A DNA stretch of 64,000 nt from Minisyncoccota bacterium (GTDB lineage Bacteria; Patescibacteriota; Minisyncoccia; Phycocordibacterales; UBA9973), in NCBI GenBank assembly GCA_028718635.1, contig JAQULK010000001.1, forward strand, positions 479,755 through 543,754. The letters run 5' to 3'. Under the pieces are notes generated by a model that worked only from the letters and a program-made list of their open reading frames with translations, searched no databases and was not told where the DNA came from. Numbering within the stretch: the stretch's first letter is position 1; every line of letters begins with the position of its first letter. Below, in pieces: positions 1 through 9,058 of this stretch. The position numbers and the translations under genes are program-made.

Positions 1-1640
1 CCTGATTTGATGGCGAGGATGGCAGGGTCATTTTCATTTTTTGTTTGGATAATAATTTTTTCTTCAGTGTTTTCGATTATGGAAAGTATGATTTGAATGA
101 TTTTTTCTCCCATTTTAAAATTTGGAATGCTCCAAAGTGAATCAAAAGAAGCCACGATAGAAAGCGGAATCTTGTCTTTGAGATAAAAAAATGCCATTTC
201 TGTGCCCATGAGAATTGCTCCTCCGCTTTCAGCAGAAAATTCCCTTATAATTTTTTTCGCTCCAGCTGCTGTTTTTGCTGATTCTTTATCCAGCTTAAAA
301 ATTTTTATTTTCGGCTCGCCCGTAGGGCTATGCCCGAGGTGAAAAGTCTTCTCTATTTCTTCAAATACAGTATCGGTGCCGATGCCGAGAGGCAGCAGAT
401 TCCAGCTTCCACAAGAAACGCAAGCTACGTCTCCCTCTTTGTTCATCTCACATCTATTGCATATAAACATTCTTTTTTTGTTTTGGTGAGAACTATAAAG
501 GACTAGGGGTGCTTTGCATTTTTCACAACTTACTATTTCATTGCAGTCTTTGCACAGAGTCATGGTTGCCAAACCTTTTCGGAGAGTAAAAATGAAGATC
601 TTCTTTTTATTTTCAAGCGTAGATTTTATTTCTTTTATACTTTCGTCATTAAATATTTGGAATTTTTTATTATCTTTTTTTTCCCCGCCTGCCAATTGGC
701 GAGCGGGTTTTCCTAAAACCTCTATTTTTCCATTAAAATCAATTCTAAAAGACAATGGATATAAGGAATTAAAATTACCAATATCTTTTCTCCCTATTGT
801 CTCGTAACGTAGGATCTTATCAGCCATTACAAATCTTGCATTTATTTTTGAAGCATAAATTTCTACAAAAACTCTTAAATCAATATGAGTCTTATTCATC
901 ATCCTATAAGCATTCGAATTTTCATGTTCTAAAATTATAGTGCCAATGTCTTTTTTAGGAATAGATAGAAATATCGGAGTACAAATGATCAGGACCGGAT
1001 GAGTTGAGTTCACAATTTTCTCATAAGTTGCTAAATTTTTTTTAGCACTTATTCCGCCGTGCAAAGAAAAAGTGAATTGTTCAATTCCTTTTGATAATTG
1101 ATCAGTAAATTTTTCTATATCTGTCTCTGTTGGCAGAATCATAAAGATAGATTTATTTCTAGCAAAGGATTCACGAACCAGAGTTTTATATATAGAGATG
1201 CGGTCTCTTAATGGATATTGAAACAATAACTTCTCTGCTTTCAACTTTAATGTTGATCTTTGTGCAGGCTCGGCTCGTACATTTTGCAACCTGGCAATCT
1301 TGTCGTATTCTTCTATAAAAATATTTGGAATTAATGAAGAAATAGTGCTGTTTTTATTTTGAGCAAAATATTTACTTGTATCAAAAATCGTATCTAAAAA
1401 TTCTTTTAAAAAAACTGAACTCCCTTTATCTTTTGAGACTTTTCTAAGATTAAAATTCATTTTTCGTACATTGCTTTTTTCTGCTTTTAATTCTTCACTC
1501 GCGGTAACCAATGCCAAGGTTTCTTTATTTCTTATTGAAACAGACACAATGTTTCCAACATTTATATTTGAATTGGTAAAATAAGTTAAATCACCACTCG
1601 GGACACTTTTTTTAAGCGGTATTATAGATATTATTTTCAT
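1..1640 (-). CDS. priA: Primosomal protein N' (PriA-like), 3' end runs off the window
   Basis: Manual minus-strand reading from ATG at 1640 (MKIISIIPLKK..DLTYF); CKDCNEIVSCEKC and CVSCGSW Zn motifs, LGIGT and ILMGTE motifs. Not in the ORF track because it is open at the edge. Confidence 0.8.
   Translation of the reverse strand, partial: MKIISIIPLKKSVPSGDLTYFTNSNINVGNIVSVSIRNKETLALVTASEELKAEKSNVRKMNFNLRKVSKDKGSSVFLKEFLDTIFDTSKYFAQNKNSTISSLIPNIFIEEYDKIARLQNVRAEPAQRSTLKLKAEKLLFQYPLRDRISIYKTLVRESFARNKSIFMILPTETDIEKFTDQLSKGIEQFTFSLHGGISAKKNLATYEKIVNSTHPVLIICTPIFLSIPKKDIGTIILEHENSNAYRMMNKTHIDLRVFVEIYASKINARFVMADKILRYETIGRKDIGNFNSLYPLSFRIDFNGKIEVLGKPARQLAGGEKKDNKKFQIFNDESIKEIKSTLENKKKIFIFTLRKGLATMTLCKDCNEIVSCEKCKAPLVLYSSHQNKKRMFICNRCEMNKEGDVACVSCGSWNLLPLGIGTDTVFEEIEKTFHLGHSPTGEPKIKIFKLDKESAKTAAGAKKIIREFSAESGGAILMGTEMAFFYLKDKIPLSIVASFDSLWSIPNFKMGEKIIQIILSIIENTEEKIIIQTKNENDPAILAIKS
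315..338. repeat. Short palindromic repeat, family D (CTCGCCC-TAGGGCTA-G-CCGAG), inside priA
   Basis: ctcgcccgtagggctatgcccgag; related copies at 36701-36726 and 39029-39054. Confidence 0.7.
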
Positions 1641-1676
1641 ATAATTTATGTTTCATTCTAGCATAAAAATGTGTTA

Positions 1677-1720
1677 TACCCCCACACCTATTTCCTTGAT
1701 TTTAAATAGGTGTGGGGGTA
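1677..1720. repeat. Intergenic palindrome TACCCCCACACCTATTT...AAATAGGTGTGGGGGTA
   Basis: Long inverted repeat between divergent priA and mreB. Confidence 0.75.
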
Positions 1721-1736
1721 TATTGCTTCTATGGGT

Positions 1737-1818
1737 CCTGTTAGAAACCGCGGTCGCAATTTAATAGAAATAATCAAAACTAGTCACGGCTTTTTGACCG
1801 CGACCTGTTTCTAACGGG
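1737..1818. mobile_element. MITE-like element, family B (TIR CCYGTTAGAAAC), immediately before the mreB ATG
   Basis: cctgttagaaac...gtttctaacggg with inner cgcggtc/gaccgcg stem; same termini as 3563-3679 and 13483-13532. Confidence 0.7.
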
Positions 1819-2832
1819 ATGGCATTCTTTTCAAATAAATTAGGGATAGATTTAGGAACGGCTAATACGCTGGTATTTATGCCTGGTAAAGGCATCGTTT
1901 TAAACGAGCCTTCAGTTGTGGCAGTTTCTGAACAAGATAATAAAATTATAGCGATTGGTTTTGAAGCAAAAGACATGATAGGTAAAACCCCGGAATCTAT
2001 TATTACTTATTGTCCAATGAAAGATGGAGTTATAGCAGACTATCGAGTTACTGAAGCAATGCTCCGTTATTTTATTGGGAAAGCGATGGGTAAATTTAAT
2101 TTTTTTAAACCCGATGTAATGATTTCTGTTCCTGCTGGGGTGACTTCTACTGAAAGAAGAGCTGTGATTGAAGCAGCGATACGTGCCGGAGCTAAAAATG
2201 CTTATGTGGTTAAAGAGCCGATATTGGCGGCGATTGGCGCAGGGATTCCAATTTATGAATCTAAAGGCTATATGGTTGTAGACATTGGCGGAGGCACGAC
2301 AGATGTGGCAGTAATTTCACTTGGGGGAATTGTATCTTCTACTTCAGTAAAGTGCGCCGGAAATAAAATAGATCAAGCCATAGCAGATTATATTAAAAAG
2401 ACTTTTAACTTAGCGATCGGTGATAGAACCGCCGAAGAGGTAAAAATTAAAATTGGTGCGGCTGTTCTTTTAGAAGAAGAGCTTCGTGTTACCATAAAAG
2501 GCAGAGATTTTATCCAAGGATTGCCGAGAAGCGCCCAGGTGGGGACTAATGAAATTGCCAAGGCAATAAATGATGAATTGAAACAAATAATAAAAGCTAT
2601 TAAAGATGTCCTTCAAGAAACTCCTCCAGAGCTCGCTTCAGATATTATTGACCATGGGATCATTATGACCGGCGGTTCTTCTCAATTAAGAAATCTTACA
2701 GATTTGGTTTATAGAAAAACCGGAGTCAAAGCTACCCTGGCTGAAGATGCTCTTTTTTGTGTGGTGAAAGGCACAGGCATAGCTCTCGAGCATTTAGATG
2801 TTTATAAAAAAACAGTTTTAAGTAAAAAGTAG
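1819..2832 (+). CDS. mreB: Rod shape-determining protein MreB
   Basis: GIDLGTANT, DIGGGTTD actin-like motifs. Confidence 0.97.
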   Translation: MAFFSNKLGIDLGTANTLVFMPGKGIVLNEPSVVAVSEQDNKIIAIGFEAKDMIGKTPESIITYCPMKDGVIADYRVTEAMLRYFIGKAMGKFNFFKPDVMISVPAGVTSTERRAVIEAAIRAGAKNAYVVKEPILAAIGAGIPIYESKGYMVVDIGGGTTDVAVISLGGIVSSTSVKCAGNKIDQAIADYIKKTFNLAIGDRTAEEVKIKIGAAVLLEEELRVTIKGRDFIQGLPRSAQVGTNEIAKAINDELKQIIKAIKDVLQETPPELASDIIDHGIIMTGGSSQLRNLTDLVYRKTGVKATLAEDALFCVVKGTGIALEHLDVYKKTVLSKK

Positions 2833-2834
2833 AA

Positions 2835-3548
2835 ATGAATATTTTAGAGCACTTAGATAAAAATAATTTACACCACGCATATTTGATAGAAGGCGCGCGG
2901 GAAGAAATTTTTTTAGAAATTAAGGAATTTTTAAAAAAAATTGACGTAGATACTGTCGGTAATCCTGATTTTGTCAATATTTCAATTGATAATTTCAAAA
3001 TCGATGACGCTTTTGCTTTACGTTCAATGTCGGCTGGTAAAAGTTTTTCTTCTGTAAAAAAAATATTTTTAATTTATGCTAATACTATGTCTATAGATGC
3101 TCAAAATGTTTTACTTAAAATGTTTGAAGAACCGATAGAAAATACACACTTTTTTCTAATAGTGCCGGATGCCAACTTTCTATTGAAAACTTTCATTTCT
3201 AGATTTTATTTAATTTCAGCTAGGCCTTGCCTAGATGAAGAAGAGGCGAAAGAGATAGAAAAATTTATTAAGATGCCATTAAAAAATAGAATCGATTATA
3301 TTAAAGAATTACTTGCCGTGCCTGAGGAAAAAGAGGAGGACATCGCTCCACTTGATTCTGCCCGTTCCAAAGCTTTAAGATTTTTAGATGCATTAGAATT
3401 TGTTTTACATAAAAAAATGTCAAAGGCGGCCTTTGACATTAATCCATTTCTTCATTTTTTCAAAGTCCGAGAATTTCTTCGTATGCCAGGAAGTTCCACA
3501 AAAAGTTTGATGGAATCTGTAGCTTTAATTACACCAAATATGTTATAA
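2835..3548 (+). CDS. holB: DNA polymerase III delta'-like clamp loader subunit
   Basis: HHAYLIEG, AQNVLLKMFEEP, TFISR motifs. Confidence 0.8.
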   Translation: MNILEHLDKNNLHHAYLIEGAREEIFLEIKEFLKKIDVDTVGNPDFVNISIDNFKIDDAFALRSMSAGKSFSSVKKIFLIYANTMSIDAQNVLLKMFEEPIENTHFFLIVPDANFLLKTFISRFYLISARPCLDEEEAKEIEKFIKMPLKNRIDYIKELLAVPEEKEEDIAPLDSARSKALRFLDALEFVLHKKMSKAAFDINPFLHFFKVREFLRMPGSSTKSLMESVALITPNML

Positions 3549-3562
3549 TAGGAGTATGCAAT

Positions 3563-3679
3563 CCCGTTAGAGATCGAATAGTTAAAAAATCAATCGGGTT
3601 GTAAATAAAAATATCAGCGAGTTTTGTCGAATTATTAACTTAAATTACGAGAATCTAAAGATTCTCTATCTCTAACGGG
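3563..3679. mobile_element. MITE-like element, family B, with 7-bp target duplication ATGCAAT at the frr start
   Basis: atgcaat(3556-3562)-cccgttagagat...atctctaacggg-atgcaat(3680-3686). Confidence 0.8.
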
Positions 3680-4231
3680 ATGCAATATAATTTTTCAAAT
3701 TTCAAAATGGAGTTAAAAAAAGTGGGAGGATTTTTGAGTAAAGAATACAACCAACTTAACATAGGACGTGCATCACCAATGGTGCTTGATGGTATATCTG
3801 TTGAATCATACGGAACATTTCTCCCTATAAAGAATGTGGCTTCTGTGTCTATCGAGGATCCGAAAACACTTCGCATAGCTCCTTTTGATAAAACTCAAAT
3901 AAAAGGGATAGAAAAGGCGATCATCGCTTCAAATTTAGGTTTGTCGGTGGCGACTGACGACATGGGCATCAGAGTTATTTTCCCGCAACTAACGACTGAC
4001 ACCAGAAAGACTCTCGTAAAAGTTTTAAAGGAAAAACTAGAAGAACAGAGGATCGCTGTGCGCAGGGAACGCGAAACTATTTTGAGTGATATAGAGGCGA
4101 AGGAAAAAGGCGGTTCGATGACTGAGGATGAAAAGTTTCGAGCCAAGGAAGAATTGCAAAAAATTGTCAACGAAACAAATAGCAACCTGGAAGCAATTTT
4201 TGAGAAAAAAGAGCGTGAAGTAATGGGGTAG
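3680..4231 (+). CDS. frr: Ribosome recycling factor
   Basis: IGRASP, FPQLTTDTRK, RIAVRRERE motifs. Confidence 0.95.
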   Translation: MQYNFSNFKMELKKVGGFLSKEYNQLNIGRASPMVLDGISVESYGTFLPIKNVASVSIEDPKTLRIAPFDKTQIKGIEKAIIASNLGLSVATDDMGIRVIFPQLTTDTRKTLVKVLKEKLEEQRIAVRRERETILSDIEAKEKGGSMTEDEKFRAKEELQKIVNETNSNLEAIFEKKEREVMG

Positions 4232-4258
4232 AAGTCAATTACGAATTAAGAATTACGA

Positions 4259-5392
4259 ATGAGCATAATTATTTTTATAATCATCCTTCTAGTACTAGTA
4301 CTAGTTCATGAAGCTGGGCATTTTTTTACTGCGAAAGGATTCGGCATCAGGGTGGACGAATTTGGCTTTGGTTTTCCGCCGAAATTATTCAGTTTTAAAA
4401 AAGGGGAGACAGAATACAGTTTCAATTTATTGCCCTTGGGCGGTTTTGTTAGAATTTTCGGAGAGAATGTTGATGAGGCTAATTTACTGGAAGTTGGATT
4501 TTTAGATAAAGAAAATACTCCTGAAAAGATTGAATTGGAAAAAAGAAGTCTAGCAAATAAGCCAAAATGGCAGCAAGCTTCAGTGCTTTTCGCCGGAATT
4601 TTGGCTAATTTTTTATTAGCTTGGATTTTATTTTCTATTGGTTTTATGTCTGGGCTTCCGACATCGGCCGGCAGTGAACTTGCTGGTTATAAATTGCAAG
4701 ATGTGAATTTGGTAATCGTTTCCATTCTGCCGAAATCTCCTGCTGAAAATGCGGAGCTCAAAATAGGAGATAAAATCGTAAATATAAAAAATGATAATAA
4801 TTTTTCAGCCTCTATAAGTCCTGAAATTATAAAATCTTTTGTGGTTGATGGCGGAGGTAAGGAAATTGACATTGGATACACCCGAGGCAAAAATCCCGAA
4901 GTAAACATTGCCAAAATAACTCCAAAAGAAACCAACGGAGAATTTACCATCGGTATTTCGATGGATGAAATCGGTACGGCAAAATTACCCTTTTTTAGTG
5001 CGCTTTCAGAAGGGATGAAGCTAACCTGGTTTATGACCAAAAATACAGCTATAGGTCTTTTTACGCTTATTGTTGACGGGTTACGAGGGCAGGGGAGCTT
5101 TGCTTCAGTGACCGGCCCTGTCGGCATGGTTGGAATTGTGGGAGATGCTTATCAATTTGGCTTCGTCTATCTTTTATCCTTCACTGCCTTAATTTCAATA
5201 AATCTTGCAATCATAAATTTGATTCCATTTCCAGCTCTCGATGGCGGGCGGCTTTTCTTTTTATTAATTGAAAAAATAAAAGGTTCGCGCATCAATCCAA
5301 AAATTGCGAACACTTTAAATATGGTTGGTTTTAGTATTTTGATATTGCTTATGATTGTCATTACTTATCACGATGTAGTTAAATTGTTTTAA
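4259..5392 (+). CDS. rseP: RIP metalloprotease RseP (M50) with PDZ domain
   Basis: HEAGH, NLIPFPALDGG. Confidence 0.93.
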   Translation: MSIIIFIIILLVLVLVHEAGHFFTAKGFGIRVDEFGFGFPPKLFSFKKGETEYSFNLLPLGGFVRIFGENVDEANLLEVGFLDKENTPEKIELEKRSLANKPKWQQASVLFAGILANFLLAWILFSIGFMSGLPTSAGSELAGYKLQDVNLVIVSILPKSPAENAELKIGDKIVNIKNDNNFSASISPEIIKSFVVDGGGKEIDIGYTRGKNPEVNIAKITPKETNGEFTIGISMDEIGTAKLPFFSALSEGMKLTWFMTKNTAIGLFTLIVDGLRGQGSFASVTGPVGMVGIVGDAYQFGFVYLLSFTALISINLAIINLIPFPALDGGRLFFLLIEKIKGSRINPKIANTLNMVGFSILILLMIVITYHDVVKLF

Positions 5393-5452
5393 CCTCTCCC
5401 CAACCCCTCTCCATATTAATGGAGAGGGGAAAGCAAGGGGTGAGGAGAATTT
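5392..5452 (+). repeat. Palindromic repeat, family C (CCCCTCTCC..GGAGAGGGG)
   Basis: Near-identical inverted copy at 39785-39851; partial copy inside purL at 42762-42800. Confidence 0.8.
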
Positions 5453-5454
5453 TT

Positions 5455-6189
5455 ATGCAAAAAACGAAATTGATTCATGAAGTCAGGGCGGTAAAAAGCA
5501 AAAAAGAACTTGCAAATATTATTAAAGCGCAAAGAATCAGCGAAAAAGTTTTGCAAGATGTTTTGAAAATTCTAAAGACTGGAGTGAGCGAAATTGAAAT
5601 CGCTAATTTTATGAAAAGATCTTTTATAAAATACAGCGCACCCATTTTATCTTTTGCACCAATTGTTTCTTTTGGTAAAAATACTGCTGATATTCATCAT
5701 GAACCCGGAAGCGCAAGGTTAAAAGAAGGTGATATGATAATGCTGGATTTTGGATGTACGGTAAACCATTATTGCTCGGATATGACGAGAACTTATTTTT
5801 GGGGAGAGCCTAATAATCGACAAAAGAAAATTTATGAAAGTGTTTTAAAAGCTCAAAATCTCGCTCTAGAAAAAATACGAAAAGGGGAGAGAAGAGGAAA
5901 AATGATAGATAAGGCAGCCAGAGATTTCTTAAATAAAAAATATGGCGCGAAGAAGTTTGCTCATGGTCTTGGTCACGGAGTCGGCACAGTTATCCACGAA
6001 TGGCCGAATTTCAAACCGAAGAGCAAAGACGTAATTCCCACAGGTTGCGTGATGACTGTAGAACCAGGGCTTTATTTTAAAGGTTTTGGCGGAGTACGTA
6101 TAGAAGATATGGTTTTAATAACCAAAAATGGTTATAAGAATCTAACAAATGTGCCGAAAGATTTTAAAAGTGTTATATTAAAATCATGA
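5455..6189 (+). CDS. M24 family (Xaa-Pro type) aminopeptidase, catalytic domain only
   Basis: DFG..Y.SDMTRT, HGLGHGVG..HE, EPGLY, GVRIED; start moved to MQKTK because the upstream part is repeat-derived. Confidence 0.9.
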   Translation: MQKTKLIHEVRAVKSKKELANIIKAQRISEKVLQDVLKILKTGVSEIEIANFMKRSFIKYSAPILSFAPIVSFGKNTADIHHEPGSARLKEGDMIMLDFGCTVNHYCSDMTRTYFWGEPNNRQKKIYESVLKAQNLALEKIRKGERRGKMIDKAARDFLNKKYGAKKFAHGLGHGVGTVIHEWPNFKPKSKDVIPTGCVMTVEPGLYFKGFGGVRIEDMVLITKNGYKNLTNVPKDFKSVILKS

Positions 6190-7151
6190 AGAAGAAATTA
6201 AAAATCGGGGTGTTAATGGGAGGAAAATCAGCGGAGCATGAAGTGTCGCTCAAGTCAGCCAACAATGTGATTAAAGCGTTGGATGAAACAAAGTATCACA
6301 TTACTCCGATAAAAATAAACAAAGACGGAAAATTCGATTTCAACAATCTTAAAAATTTTGATGTTATTTTTCCAGTAATGCATGGACCTTTCGGTGAGGA
6401 CGGCAGTATGCAGGGTCTTTTAAAACTCGCCAGTGTTCCTTTTGTGGGGCCAGGAGTGCTCGGTTCGGCTGTCGGAATGGACAAAGATGTTACCAAAAGA
6501 CTCTTGCGAGATGCTGGTATTCCTATTGGAAAATTTATCACTGTTAAATTTGGCGACAAAATAAATTTTAGTAAAATAAAAAAAGAACTTGGTTTGCCAC
6601 TTTTTATTAAGCCAGCCAATATGGGCTCATCGGTCGGAGTTAGTAAAGTGCGAAATGAAAAAGAATTCAAAAAAGCTCTTGGTGAGGCGTTTAAGTTTGA
6701 CACTAAGGTAATTATTGAAGAATTTATCGATGGACGGGAGATAGAGTGTGCGTTGCTTGGAAATGACATGCCTATGGCATCTATCCCAGGCGAAATTATT
6801 GCCAATCAGGATTTCTATTCTTATGATGCAAAATATATTGATGAAGGATCAGTGGCAGTCATACCAGCAAAAATCGATAAAAAGACCACAAAAAGAATTC
6901 AAGAATTAGCCATCAAAACATTTCAGGCGCTTAATTGCGAAGGAATGAGCAGGGTAGATTTTTTTCTTAAAAAAAATGGGGATATTTTAGTAAATGAGAT
7001 AAATACGATTCCAGGATTTACTGATATCAGCATGTATCCTAAATTATGGGAAGCGAGCGGTGTTCCTGCCTTGAAACTTTTAGACAAGTTGCTCGAGCTT
7101 GCAATAGAAAGATTTGAAAAAGAGCAGAAATTACAAACAACAGTCAAATAA
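6186..7151 (+). CDS. ddl: D-alanine--D-alanine ligase
   Basis: GGKSAEHEVS, HGPFGEDG, FYSYDAKY, NEINTIPG. Confidence 0.96.
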   Translation: MKKKLKIGVLMGGKSAEHEVSLKSANNVIKALDETKYHITPIKINKDGKFDFNNLKNFDVIFPVMHGPFGEDGSMQGLLKLASVPFVGPGVLGSAVGMDKDVTKRLLRDAGIPIGKFITVKFGDKINFSKIKKELGLPLFIKPANMGSSVGVSKVRNEKEFKKALGEAFKFDTKVIIEEFIDGREIECALLGNDMPMASIPGEIIANQDFYSYDAKYIDEGSVAVIPAKIDKKTTKRIQELAIKTFQALNCEGMSRVDFFLKKNGDILVNEINTIPGFTDISMYPKLWEASGVPALKLLDKLLELAIERFEKEQKLQTTVK

Positions 7152-7153
7152 TT

Positions 7154-8302
7154 GTGAAAAAGAATTTACCCCTCTCATATACAGAGCTTTCGAAAAGAAA
7201 TTTAATTCACAATATTAAACAATTTAAAAATTTAGCCAAAAAAGGGACCCAATTCTCCGTTGCTATCAAGGGAAACGCTTATGGTCATGGACAGAATGAA
7301 GTGGCTCAAATTCTTGAGCCGTATGTGGATTATTTCCAGGTTGATAGTTTTGAAGAGTTAAGATTGTTGCGAAAAGTAAGCAAGAAAAAAGTTTTAGTTT
7401 TAGGATATATACAAAAGCTAAATTTATTAGAAGCCGTTAAACTCAGTTGTATTTTGACTGTTTTTTCAATACAGCAAATAAAGCATATATCAGCCATGGC
7501 TGATATATTAAAAATAAAACAAGAAATACATTTACCCGTAGACGCATATCTAGGACGAGAAGGATTTTTATTAGACGAATTGCCAAAAGTTTTTGGAGAA
7601 ATAAAAAAGTGCAAATTTATAAAACTCACTGGCATTTATGCGCATTTTGCAAACATTGAAGATACTTCTAATTTTACTCATGCGCAAAAGCAAATAAAAG
7701 AATATCAAAAAGCTTTAAAATTGGCAGAAAAATTTAATTTTAAAAACCTACAAACACACATATCAGCGACTTCTGGACTTTTAGCTTATGAAACAGGAAA
7801 GGGGATTCATCCAATTATACGCTTAGGTATTGGCGTTTATGGAATGTGGCCTTCTGAAAATTTGAAATTATTATACAAGAATAAAATTAATTTAAAACCA
7901 GTGTTCACTTGGAAAACAAAAATAGCGCAAATTAAAATAATGCCCTCGGGGAGAACTATCGGCTATGGATTGACCTATAAAACAAAAAAAGAAACCAAGA
8001 TTGCCATTATTCCTCAAGGCTACGCAGACGGATTTGATCGAGGTTTTTCCAATAATGGCGTAGTGCTGATCAAGGGTACTCGATGCAAAATTTTAGGCAG
8101 AGTGTCTATGAATATGTTTACAGTAGATGTGAGCCATCTGAAGGGTGTTAGAATGGAAGATGAAGTGGTACTTTTGGGAAAACAGGGTAAAAGTGAAATT
8201 ACTGCAGAAGAAATGGCAAAAAGAATTAATACTATTAATTATGAGATGACCACGCGGATAAGTGCATTGCTACCAAGAATTATTGTGAATTACGAAACAT
8301 AA
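7154..8302 (+). CDS. alr: Alanine racemase
   Basis: IKGNAYGHG PLP lysine, GYADG, GRVSMN. Confidence 0.95.
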   Translation: MKKNLPLSYTELSKRNLIHNIKQFKNLAKKGTQFSVAIKGNAYGHGQNEVAQILEPYVDYFQVDSFEELRLLRKVSKKKVLVLGYIQKLNLLEAVKLSCILTVFSIQQIKHISAMADILKIKQEIHLPVDAYLGREGFLLDELPKVFGEIKKCKFIKLTGIYAHFANIEDTSNFTHAQKQIKEYQKALKLAEKFNFKNLQTHISATSGLLAYETGKGIHPIIRLGIGVYGMWPSENLKLLYKNKINLKPVFTWKTKIAQIKIMPSGRTIGYGLTYKTKKETKIAIIPQGYADGFDRGFSNNGVVLIKGTRCKILGRVSMNMFTVDVSHLKGVRMEDEVVLLGKQGKSEITAEEMAKRINTINYEMTTRISALLPRIIVNYET

Positions 8303-8398
8303 ACTTTTCTCCGGTACGGATTTTTCGAAGCTTGAAAAATCCTGAAGTTCTCGCGCCGCCGCGCTCGAAACCCTTGCGAAAAGTTATGTTTCGTAATT
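8288..8398 (+). mobile_element. 111-bp structured palindromic element, family A, copy 1; supplies the alr stop codon
   Basis: aattacgaaacataaacttttc...gaaaagttatgtttcgtaatt with two inner hairpins. Confidence 0.9.
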
Positions 8399-8438
8399 CA
8401 AGCTTGCTTTTTAAGCTTTTTTATATTAATCTATAAGT

Positions 8439-8597
8439 ATGTCACAAGATAGACTTATAAAACTTGCTTGCGGAACTTGCAAACGCATAAATTACTGGTC
8501 CAGCAAGAACAAAAAACTCGTTACTAAAAAAATCGAGCTTAAAAAATATTGCAAATGGTGCAAAAAGCAGACGAAGCATAAGGAGGTTAAAAAGTAG
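8439..8597 (+). CDS. rpmG: 50S ribosomal protein L33 (Zn-ribbon type)
   Basis: Manual translation MSQDRLIKLACGTCKRINYWSSKNKK..IELKKYCKWCKKQTKHKEVKK; 52 aa, missed by the ORF track. Confidence 0.95.
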   Translation: MSQDRLIKLACGTCKRINYWSSKNKKLVTKKIELKKYCKWCKKQTKHKEVKK

Positions 8598-8667
8598 ATT
8601 TCAGATAGATTTTTTACTTATTTATGTTACACTTTAAACGACCTTACAAAGGATCGTTTTGTTTATT

Positions 8668-8738
8668 GGGTCTATAGTTCAGTGGTAGAATAGCGGTCTC
8701 CAAAACCGTTGACCGAGGTTCGAATCCTCGTGGACCCG
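8668..8738 (+). tRNA. tRNA-Trp(CCA)
   Basis: Acceptor GGGTCTA/TGGACCC, anticodon arm gcggt-ctCCAaa-accgt, T arm GGTTCGAATCC. Confidence 0.95.
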
Positions 8739-8739
8739 C

Positions 8740-9006
8740 ATGGAAGAAAGGATTCAAAAACTAGAGAAAGAAATTGAAGAAATAAAACAAAGGAATTTAA
8801 GGGTGGAAGGGGATAAGGCTTGGGAAACTAGCTATTTTCGAGTACTTTTAATTTCAGGAATCATTTATGTAGTGGCAGTGAAAGTTTTGTATTTTATTGG
8901 AAATAATAATTATTTTTTAAATGCCCTTGTTCCGCCGATAGGGTATTTTATTTCTGTGCAATCTTTGCCTTTTGTTAAAAAATGGTGGATTAAATCAAAG
9001 TCTTAG
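8740..9006 (+). CDS. Small membrane hypothetical protein (coiled coil + 2 TM)
   Basis: 88-aa ORF, RN.RVE.DKAWETS then hydrophobic segments. Confidence 0.7.
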   Translation: MEERIQKLEKEIEEIKQRNLRVEGDKAWETSYFRVLLISGIIYVVAVKVLYFIGNNNYFLNALVPPIGYFISVQSLPFVKKWWIKSKS

Positions 9007-9058
9007 CTGTATTTATAGCATCACGGGGATTGCTATTTTCGGAGGATTATTCATAATA

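Noticed and set aside
4237-4260. AATTACGAAT tandem as another family A copy
   Set aside because: Only resembles the element end; no core sequence
8668-8738. Alternative genetic code (UGA recoding as in some CPR)
   Set aside because: TGA terminates genes normally (e.g. 6189, 14309, 52851) and conserved genes are intact under code 11
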